NCBI RefSeq assembly: GCF_001194135.2
Contig: NC_069006.1
Span: 15,312,798-15,347,746, forward strand
Direction: 5' to 3'
From: Octopus bimaculoides
Taxonomy: Eukaryota
Length of the DNA: 34,949 nucleotides
Within the stretch, counting starts at the first letter, position 1. Every line of letters starts with the position of its first letter. Shown here in pieces: positions 33,620 to 34,949 of the stretch. The notes beneath the pieces are model-generated. The model had not been told where the DNA came from, did no database searches, and saw only the letters and a list, made by a program, of their open reading frames with translations. The position numbers and the translations under genes were made by a program.

Positions 33620-34619
33620 CAGTGAGGAGTGTGGCTTACGATGATGATTACGATGATGATGATGATGACGACAATGATGTTCACTATGGTGAAGATGTCG
33701 ATTATGATGACGATGATGGTGATGATGATGATGATATTGAAGACGACGGTGATGATGTTGATGACGATGAGTATGGAGATGATGATGACGACGACGACTA
33801 TGACGATGATGATGATGACTACGACGATGAGAAAGATGACGACGATGATGATGTCGATGGTGATGATGATGATGATGACTACGAGAACTACTGAGATGAA
33901 GGTGATGATGATGACGAAGATAGGGATGATCATTTCGATGATAGTGCTGATGATGATGATATTGAAGACGACGGTGATGATGTTGATGACGATGAGTATG
34001 GAGATGATGATGATGACGACGACGACGATGATGATGATGACTACGACGATGAGAAAGACGACGACGATGATGATGTCGATGGTGATGATGATGACTACGA
34101 GAACTACTGAGATGAAGGTGATGACGATGATGATGACGAAGATAGGGATGATCATTTCGATGATAGTGCTGCTGATGATAACAACGACGACGATGACAAC
34201 CATGATGATGATAGCGACGCTTGGGGGTTGGTAAGTTCGCTATTGATTGCAGAGGTTATTGTGATGGTTATTGTAGCTGTAGGGGTGTGCGATGGTGGTA
34301 AGGATGATGATGATGATGATGATGATGACGATATCACTGTAGTAGGATGGTAGTACAGCTGTTGATTGCAGAGGCTATTGTGATGGTGATAGTAGCTGTG
34401 GCGGGGTTGAAGGACGACGTTGGTGGTAGTGATCGTGAAGTTGATGATGATGATGATGATAATGAAATTGATGATGGTGATGACGACGATGACGATGATG
34501 ATGATGACGGTGCTGATGATGATGATAATGATGTTGATGATATTGATGATGATAGTGATGATGGTGGTGATGATCACAATGATGACGGCGATGATGATGT
34601 TGGCGGTAGTGGTGGTGGG

Positions 34620-34650
<31 letters not shown>
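33620..34650. repeat. (GAT/GAC)n low-complexity block with higher-order tandem duplications (about 225 bp and 119 bp periods)
   Basis: attgaagacgacggt...gatagtgct at 33736 and 33961; ttgattgcagagg.tattgtgatgg at about 34243 and 34362. Confidence 0.9.
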
Positions 34651-34651
<1 letters not shown>

Positions 34652-34824
34652 AAACGGTTCATGGCATTGTTGCAAGTATACAGTGCATATCATTGCATAT
34701 ATCATCAAAAGATAGCGAAACAGGAAACAAAAAACGGTGGAACTATAGAACAAAAAACAAACAAGCAACAACAACAACAAGTCTATGTGGATTATGGGAC
34801 TTGTGGAATAGGGAACGAGAGAGT

Positions 34825-34856
<32 letters not shown>

Positions 34857-34949
34857 TGTGTAGGGAATTGCTGAACAATAAAACTGTAAATACGTTTTGT
34901 GTGTGAATATACATTGCATGTGTGTGTGTGTGTGTGTGTGTACTATATA

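Noticed and set aside
33535-34830. Hydrophobic I/V-rich, M/T-rich and poly-His ORFs
   Set aside because: Alternate frames and strands of (GAT)n repeats.

Overview
This is eukaryotic, AT-rich, repeat-dominated draft-assembly sequence with 14 N-gaps, mostly abutting (TA)n/(CA)n tracts. The repeat families look like those of a coleoid cephalopod, most likely Octopus; this is inferred from recalled SINE, MITE and LINE families, not from a database search. I can support no intact host protein-coding gene, rRNA, tRNA or CRISPR array. Most ORFs in the supplied track are translations of microsatellites, trinucleotide repeats or gaps. The window contains three tRNA-derived SINE families in many copies, mariner, Tc1, pogo/Tigger-like and possibly piggyBac-like DNA-transposon remnants, a CR1/L2 RT scrap, two R4/Dong-clade (RLE) LINE fragments, Penelope-like remnants with hammerhead-like cores, and a LINE ORF1 followed directly by a 3' UTR (candidate ORF1-only, HAL1-like element). 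The most noteworthy structures are: a 147-bp transmembrane-helix-coding segment present twice, one copy inserted into a Dong-like endonuclease region; SINE fold-back hairpins pivoting on AACGTT; a Penelope-type hammerhead signature; and short motif-dense unique islands between microsatellites, as in a large intron or regulatory desert. No clear new biological system is demonstrable from this window alone.
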